Assembly: GCA_028692655.1 (NCBI GenBank)
Contig: JAQUWY010000016.1
Span: forward strand, 1 to 38,770
DNA: 38,770 nucleotides
Reading direction: 5' to 3'
Origin: Candidatus Omnitrophota bacterium
GTDB taxonomy: Bacteria; Omnitrophota; Gorgyraeia; Duberdicusellales; 4484-171
In this document: positions 26,652 through 35,265 of the stretch, piece after piece
How positions within the stretch are numbered: the first letter of the stretch is position 1
Layout of the letters: each line of letters starts with the position of its first letter
Translations under genes and position numbers: made by a program
Notes under the pieces: model-generated
Database searches by the model: none
Seen by the model: only the letters and a program-made list of their open reading frames with translations
Told to the model about the DNA's origin: nothing

Positions 26652-26881
26652 TGGGTTTACATTCATCATTGAAGAGAGCTGAAAAATTGGGCGCTGGCCG
26701 TTCAGTTATGAAGAGAACTGAAAGAATCAAATGGCTTATGGAAAAAGGACAGTGGAATGAAAACAATAAAGTTACCGGTCTACCAAAAATAAAAGTCATC
26801 AAGCTTAAAGCGGTGAAAAAAGAAAAACCAAAAGAAGAAGAAAATAAAACACAAGAAACAAACGACAAAAAAACCGCATAG
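26651..26881 (+). CDS. Small, highly basic Lys-rich protein, translationally coupled to the SPOR gene
   Basis: ATG at 26651 overlaps the TGA of the SPOR gene; AGGAGG lies 5 nt upstream. The 76-aa product is highly basic, with no recognisable family. Confidence 0.4.
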   Translation: MGLHSSLKRAEKLGAGRSVMKRTERIKWLMEKGQWNENNKVTGLPKIKVIKLKAVKKEKPKEEENKTQETNDKKTA

Positions 26882-26887
26882 CCCGAG

Positions 26888-27772
26888 ATGAAAAAGAAAA
26901 TTTTCATAGTACTTTTATTGTGCACTTGGGCTTTTTTAAGTTTTCCTTCCGATATATTCGTTACTACCAAAGATAATACAAATGTAAGAGAAGACTCTAC
27001 TGTTTCTTCTTCTATTCTCGGAAGTCTTCCCAGTGAACAAACGGTAGAGGTACTATCTGAAAGTTTCGGCTGGTATAAGATAAAAATACCTGCTTACATT
27101 AGCTGTTATATTTCTGGAAATTTTGCCCGGGAGATAACCCCTGCAGAAATAGAGGTTACCGGGAAAAAGGTAAACCTTAGAAGCCGGCCCTCCCTAAGCG
27201 GCAAAATTATCGGTACTGTTCCTGAACGCTCCAGGCTCAAGGTTTTCGGCCAGGCTAACGGCTGGTTTCAAGTGTCTGGATACCCTTATGCTGAAGGCTG
27301 GATCCACGGTAAATTGCTCAAAAAATTTGACGGTAATTTTGGACTGGATACTCTGGAGGCGGTAACCAAATCAAGGCTCAACCACGATAAGTATGCGGAA
27401 GAAAAAGCTATAGCTAATTTCATAGAGAAAAGCCACGAGTATTTACTGCCGATACTTAAAAACAAATTGCCAACCGCAGATGCCGGTACATCCTACAGTA
27501 TTATCTCGGTATTGACTTTTATGGGACGTAAAAATCCCGATGTGGTTTTTTATCTCCTCGAATCTACCCGGAATGCACCCGTTGAAGTTGCTGCAGCCTA
27601 TCTTGATGCCGTCCAGAATGTCATTTTACCCGAGGAAACAAAGAAGACCCCTTATTTCTATAAGGCAAAAAATAACACGTTGTCACCTGAGGACATAGAA
27701 GAAAGTAGAGAAATCCTGCAACAAAAATATACTGACACTATCTGCTCTTTAGGTCAGTCTCAAGGGCAATAA
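26888..27772 (+). CDS. Secreted protein with two bacterial SH3 (SH3b) domains
   Basis: Signal peptide. Two occurrences of the pattern ...VNLRSRPSLSGKIIGTVPERSRLKVFGQANGWFQV...GWIHGKLL and a similar earlier block. Confidence 0.6.
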   Translation: MKKKIFIVLLLCTWAFLSFPSDIFVTTKDNTNVREDSTVSSSILGSLPSEQTVEVLSESFGWYKIKIPAYISCYISGNFAREITPAEIEVTGKKVNLRSRPSLSGKIIGTVPERSRLKVFGQANGWFQVSGYPYAEGWIHGKLLKKFDGNFGLDTLEAVTKSRLNHDKYAEEKAIANFIEKSHEYLLPILKNKLPTADAGTSYSIISVLTFMGRKNPDVVFYLLESTRNAPVEVAAAYLDAVQNVILPEETKKTPYFYKAKNNTLSPEDIEESREILQQKYTDTICSLGQSQGQ

Positions 27773-27773
27773 A

Positions 27774-28400
27774 ATGAGTATCGTTTTTTCAGTACTAACT
27801 TTTGTTTTTATTTTTCTTTTCTCGGTTACTTTCCATGAATTCGCGCATGGCTGGACAGCCTATAAACTTGGCGATTCAACCCCTAAAGACCACGGCCGCT
27901 TAACCCTAAACCCTCTTGCTCATATTGATATTTTAGGGACAGTAATACTTCCTTTTCTTCTTCTTTCGGTAAGTATGCGCTTAGGCTTCCCTTTTGCTTT
28001 TGGTTATGCTAAACCCGTACCCATTAATCCTTACCATTTCAAGAATCCCAAAAAAGGCATGGGGCTGGTAGGAGCTGCAGGGCCTTTATCAAACATTTTA
28101 GCTGCCTTCTTCTTCAGCCTTATCTCAAGAATGCATTTAGGGCTAATTTCTGAAGTTTGCGCCTGGGGCGTAATCATAAACGTTATTCTTGCCGTATTTA
28201 ATATTATTCCTGTGCCGCCCCTTGACGGCTCAAGGATTTTAGCGGCTATGTTGCCGGGACACATGGTACGCAAATATTTGAAATTAGAACCTTACGGATT
28301 TTTTATTATTATCGTTTTATTTTTTAGTGGTTTCCTGAAGTGGTTAATATTGCCTGTAGTTAATTTATCTCTGCATATTTTATTAGGCAATGGTTACTAA
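27774..28400 (+). CDS. Site-2 protease family (M50B-like) intramembrane zinc metalloprotease
   Basis: FHEFAHGW (HExxH in a TM helix), NPLAHIDILGT, PPLDGSRIL (LDG motif); 208 aa, polytopic. Confidence 0.7.
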   Translation: MSIVFSVLTFVFIFLFSVTFHEFAHGWTAYKLGDSTPKDHGRLTLNPLAHIDILGTVILPFLLLSVSMRLGFPFAFGYAKPVPINPYHFKNPKKGMGLVGAAGPLSNILAAFFFSLISRMHLGLISEVCAWGVIINVILAVFNIIPVPPLDGSRILAAMLPGHMVRKYLKLEPYGFFIIIVLFFSGFLKWLILPVVNLSLHILLGNGY

Positions 28401-29493
28401 TATGAAACAAATAAAAGTTAAATTAAAAGAATCACCTTATCCTATTTTTATAGGGGAAAACCTCAAAAAAGAAATTTCCGGTTACTTGAAAGATTCAAAA
28501 CTGGGAAATTTTGCTGTTATAATCTCTTCTAAAAAGATACATTCTTTATATAAAGGTTTTATATCGACATTGACCGGAAAAATACCTAACATCGTAATAA
28601 GTGTGGCTGACGGCGAAGCCGCAAAATCAAAGAAATGGCTATTTAAAATCATAAATGAAATAATGGCTATTGATACCTGGAATAAAAAAATATTCTTGGT
28701 TTGCTTTGGCGGAGGAACCATAGGGGATTTAGGTGGTTTCGCAGCCTCTATTTACAAAAGAGGCCTTCCCTACATACAAATTCCTACAACTCTCCTGAGC
28801 CAGATCGATTCAAGCATTGGCGGAAAAACCGCCATTGATTTAGAAAAGGCTAAGAATGTTCTGGGCTCGTTTTATCAACCAAAAGCAGTATTCATTGACT
28901 CGACTTTTTTAAAAACTCTGCCCCTAAAGGAAATACGCCAGGGCATGGCTGAAGCCATAAAATATGGTGTAATAGCTGATAAAAACCTCTTTGATTTTAT
29001 CGATGCTAATCATTGCAGGCTTATGAAACTTGAATCCAACCCTCTCAAACGCCTTATCTTTTCGTGTGTTAAAATAAAGGCTAGGATAGTTGAGAAGGAT
29101 GAACTTGAAAATCGGGGGATACGCACAGTACTCAATTACGGCCATACTCTGGCCCATGCTCTAGAAACAGCTTCAAAATATAAAAAGATTCCTCACGGCA
29201 GCGCAGTAAGCGTAGGCATGGCTTATGCTGGGAGGCTAAGCTGCTATCTAGGAAAATGCTCAGAAGGAGAAGCCGTGCGTGTAGAAAAGGTACTAAAATC
29301 CTTTGGCCTACCTTGGAACACCGCATTTGATGCCTCTAAGATTTTTAAGGCTTTGGTCTACGATAAAAAATTTATTTCTGGAAAAATAAGGATGGTGATT
29401 CTATATAAAATCGGCAAAGTAGAAGTATTAAGCGGTATATCTCCCGAAGTAATAAAAAAAACCCTTGCTCTTTTTACAAAAACGCAACATTGA
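28390..29493 (+). CDS. aroB: 3-dehydroquinate synthase
   Basis: FGGGTIGDLGGFAASIY glycine-rich NAD motif, NYGHTLAHALE metal ligands; 367 aa. Confidence 0.85.
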   Translation: MVTNMKQIKVKLKESPYPIFIGENLKKEISGYLKDSKLGNFAVIISSKKIHSLYKGFISTLTGKIPNIVISVADGEAAKSKKWLFKIINEIMAIDTWNKKIFLVCFGGGTIGDLGGFAASIYKRGLPYIQIPTTLLSQIDSSIGGKTAIDLEKAKNVLGSFYQPKAVFIDSTFLKTLPLKEIRQGMAEAIKYGVIADKNLFDFIDANHCRLMKLESNPLKRLIFSCVKIKARIVEKDELENRGIRTVLNYGHTLAHALETASKYKKIPHGSAVSVGMAYAGRLSCYLGKCSEGEAVRVEKVLKSFGLPWNTAFDASKIFKALVYDKKFISGKIRMVILYKIGKVEVLSGISPEVIKKTLALFTKTQH

Positions 29494-29518
29494 CAAAGTA
29501 TAAAAAATATGTTATATT
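29490..29518 (+). promoter_or_regulatory. Near-consensus sigma70-type promoter for the PilZ operon
   Basis: TTGACA (29490-29495), a 17-nt spacer, then TATATT (29513-29518). ATG at 29543. No clear SD. Confidence 0.4.
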
Positions 29519-29542
29519 ATAACAAATAATATATTTATTTTT

Positions 29543-29872
29543 ATGGATGAAAGACGTAAATACCCAAGAATTGATGTTTCTTTTCCTGTAGAATGCCAGG
29601 CTTTACCAAGTCAAGGCTATTTTTATACCGTAAGCAAAGACTTAAGCGAGGTAGGTGCAAAAATTCTAACTAATACTTTCATAGCTAAAAACAACATGGT
29701 AAAATTGCACCTTAACTTAATCAATAAGATATTAGACTTTAAAGCTAAGGTAGTCTGGTGCAATAAAGAAAGGGTTTCGGAAAGGTACACAGCCGGCCTG
29801 GAATTTACCGAAACGGATACTGCTGGTAAAAAAGAGCTGTCAAATTTTATAAGTAAAATTAATAATTCCTAA
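29543..29872 (+). CDS. Stand-alone PilZ domain protein (c-di-GMP receptor)
   Basis: RRKYPR (RxxxR) and DLSEVGAKI (D/NxSxxG), the two c-di-GMP binding motifs; 109 aa. Confidence 0.75.
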   Translation: MDERRKYPRIDVSFPVECQALPSQGYFYTVSKDLSEVGAKILTNTFIAKNNMVKLHLNLINKILDFKAKVVWCNKERVSERYTAGLEFTETDTAGKKELSNFISKINNS

Positions 29873-29874
29873 TT

Positions 29875-30018
29875 ATGAGTAAAGCTGAAAAAAAACGCAA
29901 AAATTGCCTAAACTGCAATAAATCTTTAAAGCGGGTTAACTGGTACTATAGGGATAACAATTATTTCTGTAATCAAGCTTGCTTTAAGGCATACCTTACG
30001 AAAAAAGAATCTTCTTAA
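29875..30018 (+). CDS. Small Cys4 zinc-ribbon protein, FCS/YacG-like; missing from the ORF track
   Basis: 47-aa ORF MSKAEKKRKNCLNCNKSLKRVNWYYRDNNYFCNQACFKAYL... reads as a C-x2-C-x17-FC-x3-C treble clef like YacG / zf-FCS. It sits 2 nt after the first PilZ stop and 7 nt before the second PilZ gene. Confidence 0.5.
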   Translation: MSKAEKKRKNCLNCNKSLKRVNWYYRDNNYFCNQACFKAYLTKKESS

Positions 30019-30025
30019 ACTCTAA

Positions 30026-30379
30026 ATGGAAGAAAAACGTAAATTTCCCCGCATAGATAAAGTCTTATCAATCAAATTTTCTGACAAAGAATTTGATATA
30101 TTAACTGAAACTAAAAATATCAGCGCCAGCGGTGCTTATTGCCCAGTCAATAAACCTGTGGAGCTAATGACTAAACTGAATCTGGTTTTGCTTATTCCCA
30201 TGAAAAAAAGCCGGGCAAAAACAATAAAAAAAATTAATTGTTCCGGAGTTGTGGTCCGGCATGAATACACTAAAGATAACGGAAACTATCCATACCGCAT
30301 TGGCATATATTTTACCGATTTAAAAGAAACTGACAGGAAGATTCTCCGCAACTACATTAATTCATCCTTAAAAAGTTAA
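30026..30379 (+). CDS. Stand-alone PilZ domain protein (second copy)
   Basis: KRKFPR and NISASGA motifs; 117 aa. Confidence 0.7.
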   Translation: MEEKRKFPRIDKVLSIKFSDKEFDILTETKNISASGAYCPVNKPVELMTKLNLVLLIPMKKSRAKTIKKINCSGVVVRHEYTKDNGNYPYRIGIYFTDLKETDRKILRNYINSSLKS

Positions 30380-30391
30380 GGCTCATAGCGC

Positions 30392-30922
30392 ATGCTATCC
30401 AGACGATTTCCCTTACCTGTAAAATTTATATCAGGATTAATCTATTCAAACGAGAAAATTTATTCCTTGGTTAAAGCTTTGCTAAGCCGTAGATACGGCA
30501 AAGTAGACTTTGAGAGCCAACCAATACCCTTTAATTTTACCAATTATTATACCAAAGAAATGGGCCCCGGCCTTACCCGGCGTTTCATTTCTTTTTCTCG
30601 ATTGCGATGCCCTGCTGATTTTTTGAAAATAAAGCTTTACTGCCTAAAATTGGAAAAACGTTTTGCTGTAAATAATAACCGGGTAATAAACATTGATCCT
30701 GGCTATATTAATGAAGCTAAGCTGGTTTTACTTACCACAAAAGATTTTTCTCATCGGGTATACCTCGATAAAGGCATTTATGCCGAAGTAACCCTGCAAT
30801 ACAGGGATGGTTCTTTCCTGGAATTCCTCACAACTTTTCCGGACTATCGAACGCCTCAATATAAAGAAATATTTTCCCGCATAAGAGACGCTTACCGCAA
30901 AGATATTAAAAAACATGCCTGA
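30392..30922 (+). CDS. Conserved hypothetical protein (possibly DUF4416-like), translationally coupled to the AmmeMemoRadiSam radical SAM gene
   Basis: 176-aa soluble protein. The DUF4416 assignment is from memory only. Its stop overlaps the amrS start by 8 nt. Confidence 0.4.
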   Translation: MLSRRFPLPVKFISGLIYSNEKIYSLVKALLSRRYGKVDFESQPIPFNFTNYYTKEMGPGLTRRFISFSRLRCPADFLKIKLYCLKLEKRFAVNNNRVINIDPGYINEAKLVLLTTKDFSHRVYLDKGIYAEVTLQYRDGSFLEFLTTFPDYRTPQYKEIFSRIRDAYRKDIKKHA

Positions 30923-31856
30923 AAGAAAAATAACCTTAATAGATGCGACCATAGACCAGCTTTACTCCCGGCTTAAATCCTGCGATATTTGTCCTCGCAA
31001 TTGCCGCCTAAACCGCCTGAAAGGTAAAATTGGTTATTGTGGAGGAGGCAAAGAGACGAGAGTATTTTCAGCCTTCTTGCATAAAGGAGAAGAACCCCCT
31101 ATTAGCGGCCAAAAAGGTAGCGGAACGGTATTTTTTTCCGGTTGCAGCTTAAAGTGTGTTTACTGCCAAAATTATAAATTTTCCTGCTCAATTAGCGGCG
31201 AAACAGTTTCAGAAACACAATTATCAGGAATATTTTTGAAACTGCAGAAAAAGGGAGCTCATAACATCAATTTAGTCACACCTACACATTTTCTGCCTCA
31301 AATATTGATGGCTTTAAAAATCGCTCTAAAGAACGGCTTAAATGTACCGATTGTCTATAATACCTCCGGCTATGAAAAAGTAGAGATTATCAAAAGACTC
31401 AAAGGAATAGTAGATGTGTACCTTTCAGACTTAAAATATACAGACAAAGCCGTTTCTAGAGCCTATTCTAATGCGCCAGAATACCCTGATTTTGCCCAAG
31501 AAAGCATCAAAGAGATATATGGCCAGGCTAAAGCACTTATGGCCGAAAATCTGCTAAAAAAAGGCCTGATAATACGTCATTTGGTTTTACCCAATAATAT
31601 AGAAGGCTCAAAAAAAATCCTTGCATGGATAGCTGATAATTTACCAAAGGCTATGGTAAGCGTAATGTTTCAATATCAACCCTATTATAGGGCAGATAAA
31701 TACCCTCAAATAAATAGGCCTTTAACCAAGGCTGAATACCAGCAAATAAGAGATTTTACGGAGAGCCTAAGACTTAAAGGTTTTCTACAGGGCTTTTCGC
31801 CTGCGGAATGCCTTGCAGGGATAAATTTTACCCCAAATCTCAAGGAATACTTGTAG
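30915..31856 (+). CDS. amrS: AmmeMemoRadiSam system radical SAM enzyme
   Basis: N-terminal Cys cluster CDICPRNC...GYCGGG. Radical SAM CSLKCVYCQN (Cx3Cx2C) after GEEPPISGQKGSGTVFFSGC. The layout is typical of the AmrS family. Confidence 0.85.
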   Translation: MPERKITLIDATIDQLYSRLKSCDICPRNCRLNRLKGKIGYCGGGKETRVFSAFLHKGEEPPISGQKGSGTVFFSGCSLKCVYCQNYKFSCSISGETVSETQLSGIFLKLQKKGAHNINLVTPTHFLPQILMALKIALKNGLNVPIVYNTSGYEKVEIIKRLKGIVDVYLSDLKYTDKAVSRAYSNAPEYPDFAQESIKEIYGQAKALMAENLLKKGLIIRHLVLPNNIEGSKKILAWIADNLPKAMVSVMFQYQPYYRADKYPQINRPLTKAEYQQIRDFTESLRLKGFLQGFSPAECLAGINFTPNLKEYL

Positions 31857-32227
31857 ATAAACGAGGACCAATCCAGCAGCACCTGCTAACTTTATCCAGA
31901 CTCAAACACAACACAACAGAAGCAAAATAAGCCTCAAAAATATTGTCTGAAACACATTGAAAGGCTTATGGTTACAGACGAATATCACCCAATACAAAAG
32001 TTAACATAAGATATATTATCGGAAGTTAATATGATGTGTATTTTTTCATTTGTCGGTAAGCTTCTGTGTGTACCGCCTATACCCTTATATTGAGTCAACT
32101 TCGAGGTTTTTTTGACGCGAAAAGCGGCTTTTACGAAAAAATTTTTAGGGGGTTGTGAAATGAAGTTAAAAGCTGTTTTTACAGCCTCCATCTAATTGAA
32201 ATATCAAAGCTTAGCTTTTGGCTTGAT

Positions 32228-32440
32228 TTATTTATGAGGCCCTTTGGTGAAGTTTATTTCATGCTCAATATTGAGAAAATCAAGCAGAACCTTGCGTATA
32301 TAAACTGAAGGCTCAAGATTAGCTTTCTGTGCCCAGCCCAACACTTGAACCCATTGGTTTTGAGTAAGCCTAACATTTATGGTTTTTGTATATTTAACAG
32401 TCTTTTTCGGACGCCCTTTTTTGGTGATTTTTTTATTCAT
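32228..32440 (-). CDS. Small DNA-binding protein with an AT-hook plus ribbon-helix-helix (CopG/Arc-like)
   Basis: KKGRPKK AT-hook. INVRLTQNQWVQVLGWAQKANLEPSVYIRKVL fits the beta-strand, helix, helix pattern of RHH. Confidence 0.5.
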   Translation of the reverse strand: MNKKITKKGRPKKTVKYTKTINVRLTQNQWVQVLGWAQKANLEPSVYIRKVLLDFLNIEHEINFTKGPHK

Positions 32441-32609
32441 TATTCTCCTTATATTTAGTATTCCTGCAGCAAAATATACAATTATATTATAACAGATATT
32501 AAAGTATTTTCAAGTATACAAAAAAACACAAAAAAACACGGCTTAATGTAAGGAAAAACTCCTCCCCCGCTTAATTAGCAGCCGGTTTATTTAAGGCAAT
32601 TTCAAGAAA

Positions 32610-33308
32610 CTATAGTCTTAATTGATTGTAGTGGATATTTAACCACTGCCGGTGGCATTTATAGCTGGGAGAAAAGCTGCTCAGCAGTTTCCAGAATTTT
32701 TTAGAGTGATTATGTTCGGTGAGATGGCAAAGCTCATGGACTACCACATAATCTATTATTGCCAAAGGAGCCATAATTAATTTCCAGTTAAAACTCACGA
32801 CACCTTTCTTTGAACAATTTCCCCAGCTTCTATTGAGCGTTTTTATTTTTATGCTTTCCGGAAATATTTTGAGCATTCGGGAGTAGAAGGAAACTCTTCT
32901 ATTAATACAAAAAACTGCCCTGCTTTTATACCATTGAGTAAGCTTTTGAACTTGGCTATCTGAAGAAATTATTCTGGATGTTGGTAAAAACAGATTGAGG
33001 TGAATTCCGTCAAAAATCACCCGCATTCTGCTGCCAGGATGAGTCCGGATAGATAAAGGACAGCTTCTTCCTAAATAAAGAAAGTTTTCCCCTTCGGTAA
33101 ACTTTTTAGGTGTGTAGGGCTTTCTTACTTTCTGGTTAAAAGCTATTTTTTTAAGAATCCAAGAAGATTTTTTCCTTATAAAAGAATTTATCTCCTGCTC
33201 AGAGAGGCGGCTTGGAACTTTTACTGTGATCCGACAATCCTGGCCTACGCTGATGCTAAGAGTTTTTCTCTTAGGCTGCCGGAAAAGATTATAAGTAAGT
33301 TCTGGCAT
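32610..33308 (-). CDS. DUF45/YgjP-type M48-like zinc metallopeptidase
   Basis: WGNCSKKGVVSFNWKLIMAPLAIIDYVVVHELCHLTEHNHSKKFW. HExxH is embedded in the full-length DUF45 pattern; 232 aa. Confidence 0.7.
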   Translation of the reverse strand: MPELTYNLFRQPKRKTLSISVGQDCRITVKVPSRLSEQEINSFIRKKSSWILKKIAFNQKVRKPYTPKKFTEGENFLYLGRSCPLSIRTHPGSRMRVIFDGIHLNLFLPTSRIISSDSQVQKLTQWYKSRAVFCINRRVSFYSRMLKIFPESIKIKTLNRSWGNCSKKGVVSFNWKLIMAPLAIIDYVVVHELCHLTEHNHSKKFWKLLSSFSPSYKCHRQWLNIHYNQLRL

Positions 33309-33505
33309 TAAACTGAAGCTACTAATTTGCGGATGTCAGCGGGCGTTTTTTTTATAGTTATTTTGCTTCGGCGCAAGGCTTTAACCATACGGTCGTAAAC
33401 CTGATAAAGAGTTTTTCCTTCAGTAAGATGATTCAGGCATAATCCTGCATAACCTCTGCGGTTCTTGATTTTGAAGATTTTAATCTTTGCCGCACTTATT
33501 TTCAT
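33308..33505 (-). CDS. Hypothetical 65-aa basic protein, stop overlapping the DUF45 start by 1 nt
   Basis: No motif recognised. Only its position, upstream of and overlapping the DUF45 gene, supports it. Confidence 0.3.
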   Translation of the reverse strand: MKISAAKIKIFKIKNRRGYAGLCLNHLTEGKTLYQVYDRMVKALRRSKITIKKTPADIRKLVASV

Positions 33506-33520
33506 CTCGTCCCTCCTCTT

Positions 33521-35104
33521 TTAACGTTTATTTTTAGCGCGCACAACTATGGGCCTTTTGCCCTGATTGTCTTTTTTGAAAAACTTAAGAATTATCTCGG
33601 CATCCGTAAAAGGAACACTAATAAAAGAAAATTTATCAAATATCTGTATGTCCCTTATATCCTGGCCGTTGACTCTGGCTTTCTGGGTTATAAAATTGAC
33701 TAACTTTTGAGGGGTTAAGCCGTCAATCCGGCCCAATGCCACAAATAAACGGGCCTTACCTTTTTTATCAACAGACACATCTCTTATTTGCGTATAACTT
33801 TTCTCATCAAGCTCGTTCTGAAAAGAATGCTTAAGAATCGCAGCTAAAACGTCTTCCGGGCCGGCCAACTCTAAAATCTCTTTGGCAAATTTCTTGTAAA
33901 CTGCATCTTCAGGGGCCTGCATTATGGCCTGCAAGTCCTCTTTGATTCTTTCTTTTTTAAGAGAAACTATTTCCTTAACTCCGGGAAGCTTTTCCTTCCT
34001 TATGTTGGCTTTGGCTATTTTTTTTATAAAAATAAGCCTTCTGTATTCTTCCGGAGTTACAAAAGTTATCGCTGTCCCTTCTTTCCCGGCTCTACCCGTA
34101 CGGCCTATACGGTGGACATAAGCTTCCGGGTTCTGAGGCAAGGAATAGTTTATGACATGGGTAAGATTAACAATATCTATACCCCGGGCAGCTACGTCAG
34201 TAGCAGTTAAGATATTGATCCTTTTTTTCCGGAATTGGTCAAGGATCTTCTCCCGCATATTCTGGGAAATATCTCCATGGAGGGCTTGAGCCTCATATCC
34301 TCTATCAACAAGCTTACGGGAAAGCTGTTCGGCATCAATCTTGGTCCGGCAAAAAATCAAGCCATAGAACTCCCGTTCGATATCTATAATCCTACACAAG
34401 GCCTCTAATTTATCATTGGGAGAAACTTCAAAGTAAATCTGATCAGTAAGCTGCGGAGTAACTTGTTCCTTGCCCAGAGAAACCATATCGTACTTTTTCA
34501 TATACTTTTCAGCCAAACGCAATATACGGGCAGGCATAGTAGCAGAAAACAACAAAACCCGCTTGTCGGAATTGGTAGACCTTAAGATTTCTTCAACGTC
34601 ATCTATAAAACCCATATTCAGCATTTCGTCTGCTTCATCCAGGATAAGATACGATATTTCCTTAAGCCGCAGGCTTTTGCGCTTGAGATGGTCAATTATT
34701 CTTCCCGGGGTTCCCACTACTACATCCACCCCCCTCTTAAGCCTCCTTAACTGTTGTTCAATTGACTGGCCCCCGTAAATAGCAACAACTTTTATTTCTT
34801 TTTTTCCTTTTAAAGAGTTTATCTCCTCAGACACTTGTATAGCTAACTCTCGCGTAGGAGTTAATACCAAAGCCTGGACACAGCCCGACTTTACGGGTAT
34901 TTTTTCCAGCAAAGGAAGCCCGAAGGCTGCAGTTTTTCCAGTACCTGTCTGGGCTTGACCGACAATATCGGTAGATTTGGTTAAAAAAAGAGGTATGATT
35001 TTTTCCTGGATTAAAGTAGGCTCCTCAAACCCTTTTTCCCTTAAGGCTTCCAGAGCACTTGGTGATAAACCGAGTTTTTTAAAACTATTCATATTTTTTG
35101 GCAT
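33521..35104 (-). CDS. deaD: DEAD-box RNA helicase with C-terminal DbpA-type RNA-binding domain (DeaD/CsdA-like)
   Basis: Q motif, AQTGTGKT, PTRELA, DEADEM, SAT, HRIGRTGRAG, plus a roughly 100-aa C-terminal extension. Confidence 0.85.
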   Translation of the reverse strand: MPKNMNSFKKLGLSPSALEALREKGFEEPTLIQEKIIPLFLTKSTDIVGQAQTGTGKTAAFGLPLLEKIPVKSGCVQALVLTPTRELAIQVSEEINSLKGKKEIKVVAIYGGQSIEQQLRRLKRGVDVVVGTPGRIIDHLKRKSLRLKEISYLILDEADEMLNMGFIDDVEEILRSTNSDKRVLLFSATMPARILRLAEKYMKKYDMVSLGKEQVTPQLTDQIYFEVSPNDKLEALCRIIDIEREFYGLIFCRTKIDAEQLSRKLVDRGYEAQALHGDISQNMREKILDQFRKKRINILTATDVAARGIDIVNLTHVINYSLPQNPEAYVHRIGRTGRAGKEGTAITFVTPEEYRRLIFIKKIAKANIRKEKLPGVKEIVSLKKERIKEDLQAIMQAPEDAVYKKFAKEILELAGPEDVLAAILKHSFQNELDEKSYTQIRDVSVDKKGKARLFVALGRIDGLTPQKLVNFITQKARVNGQDIRDIQIFDKFSFISVPFTDAEIILKFFKKDNQGKRPIVVRAKNKR

Positions 35105-35185
35105 ACATTTTCCTTTGTTTAGTCAAGCTCTTAGATTCTCAAACTGCACAATGGTTTACTCTTGGAGATAAAGAAAACCGTATAG

Positions 35186-35194
35186 ATTATAACA
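35186..35194 (-). promoter_or_regulatory. Extended -10 element (TGtTATAAT) upstream of deaD
   Basis: Minus strand reads cggTGTTATAATctata about 80 nt upstream of the deaD ATG. A long 5' leader is typical of cold-shock helicases. There is no clear -35. Confidence 0.25.
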
Positions 35195-35265
35195 CCGAAA
35201 TTAGAGAAAATGAACAATTTAAAAAATAAAAAAAATCTAAAAAAAGAAAGGTTTTAAATATAAAA

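Noticed and set aside
31985-32191. 68-aa minus-strand ORF directly downstream of the RHH gene, considered as a toxin partner of an RHH antitoxin.
   Set aside because: There is no RBS, and no resemblance to the RelE/ParE, MazF or HicA families. The composition is unremarkable. It is more likely a chance ORF in the long non-coding stretch. Conservation in relatives would be needed to revive it.
21329-32573. Possible 11-kb integrated island bounded by tRNA-Gly and a second copy of its 3' end. The sequence ctcccccgctta at about 32562-32573 matches the tRNA 3' ctcgcccgctta at 11 of 12 positions, in direct orientation, inside a non-coding stretch.
   Set aside because: An 11/12 match over 38 kb on two strands is expected by chance with probability of roughly 0.1-0.2. 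The enclosed genes include housekeeping aroB, and there is no integrase, excisionase or other mobility gene anywhere in the interval.
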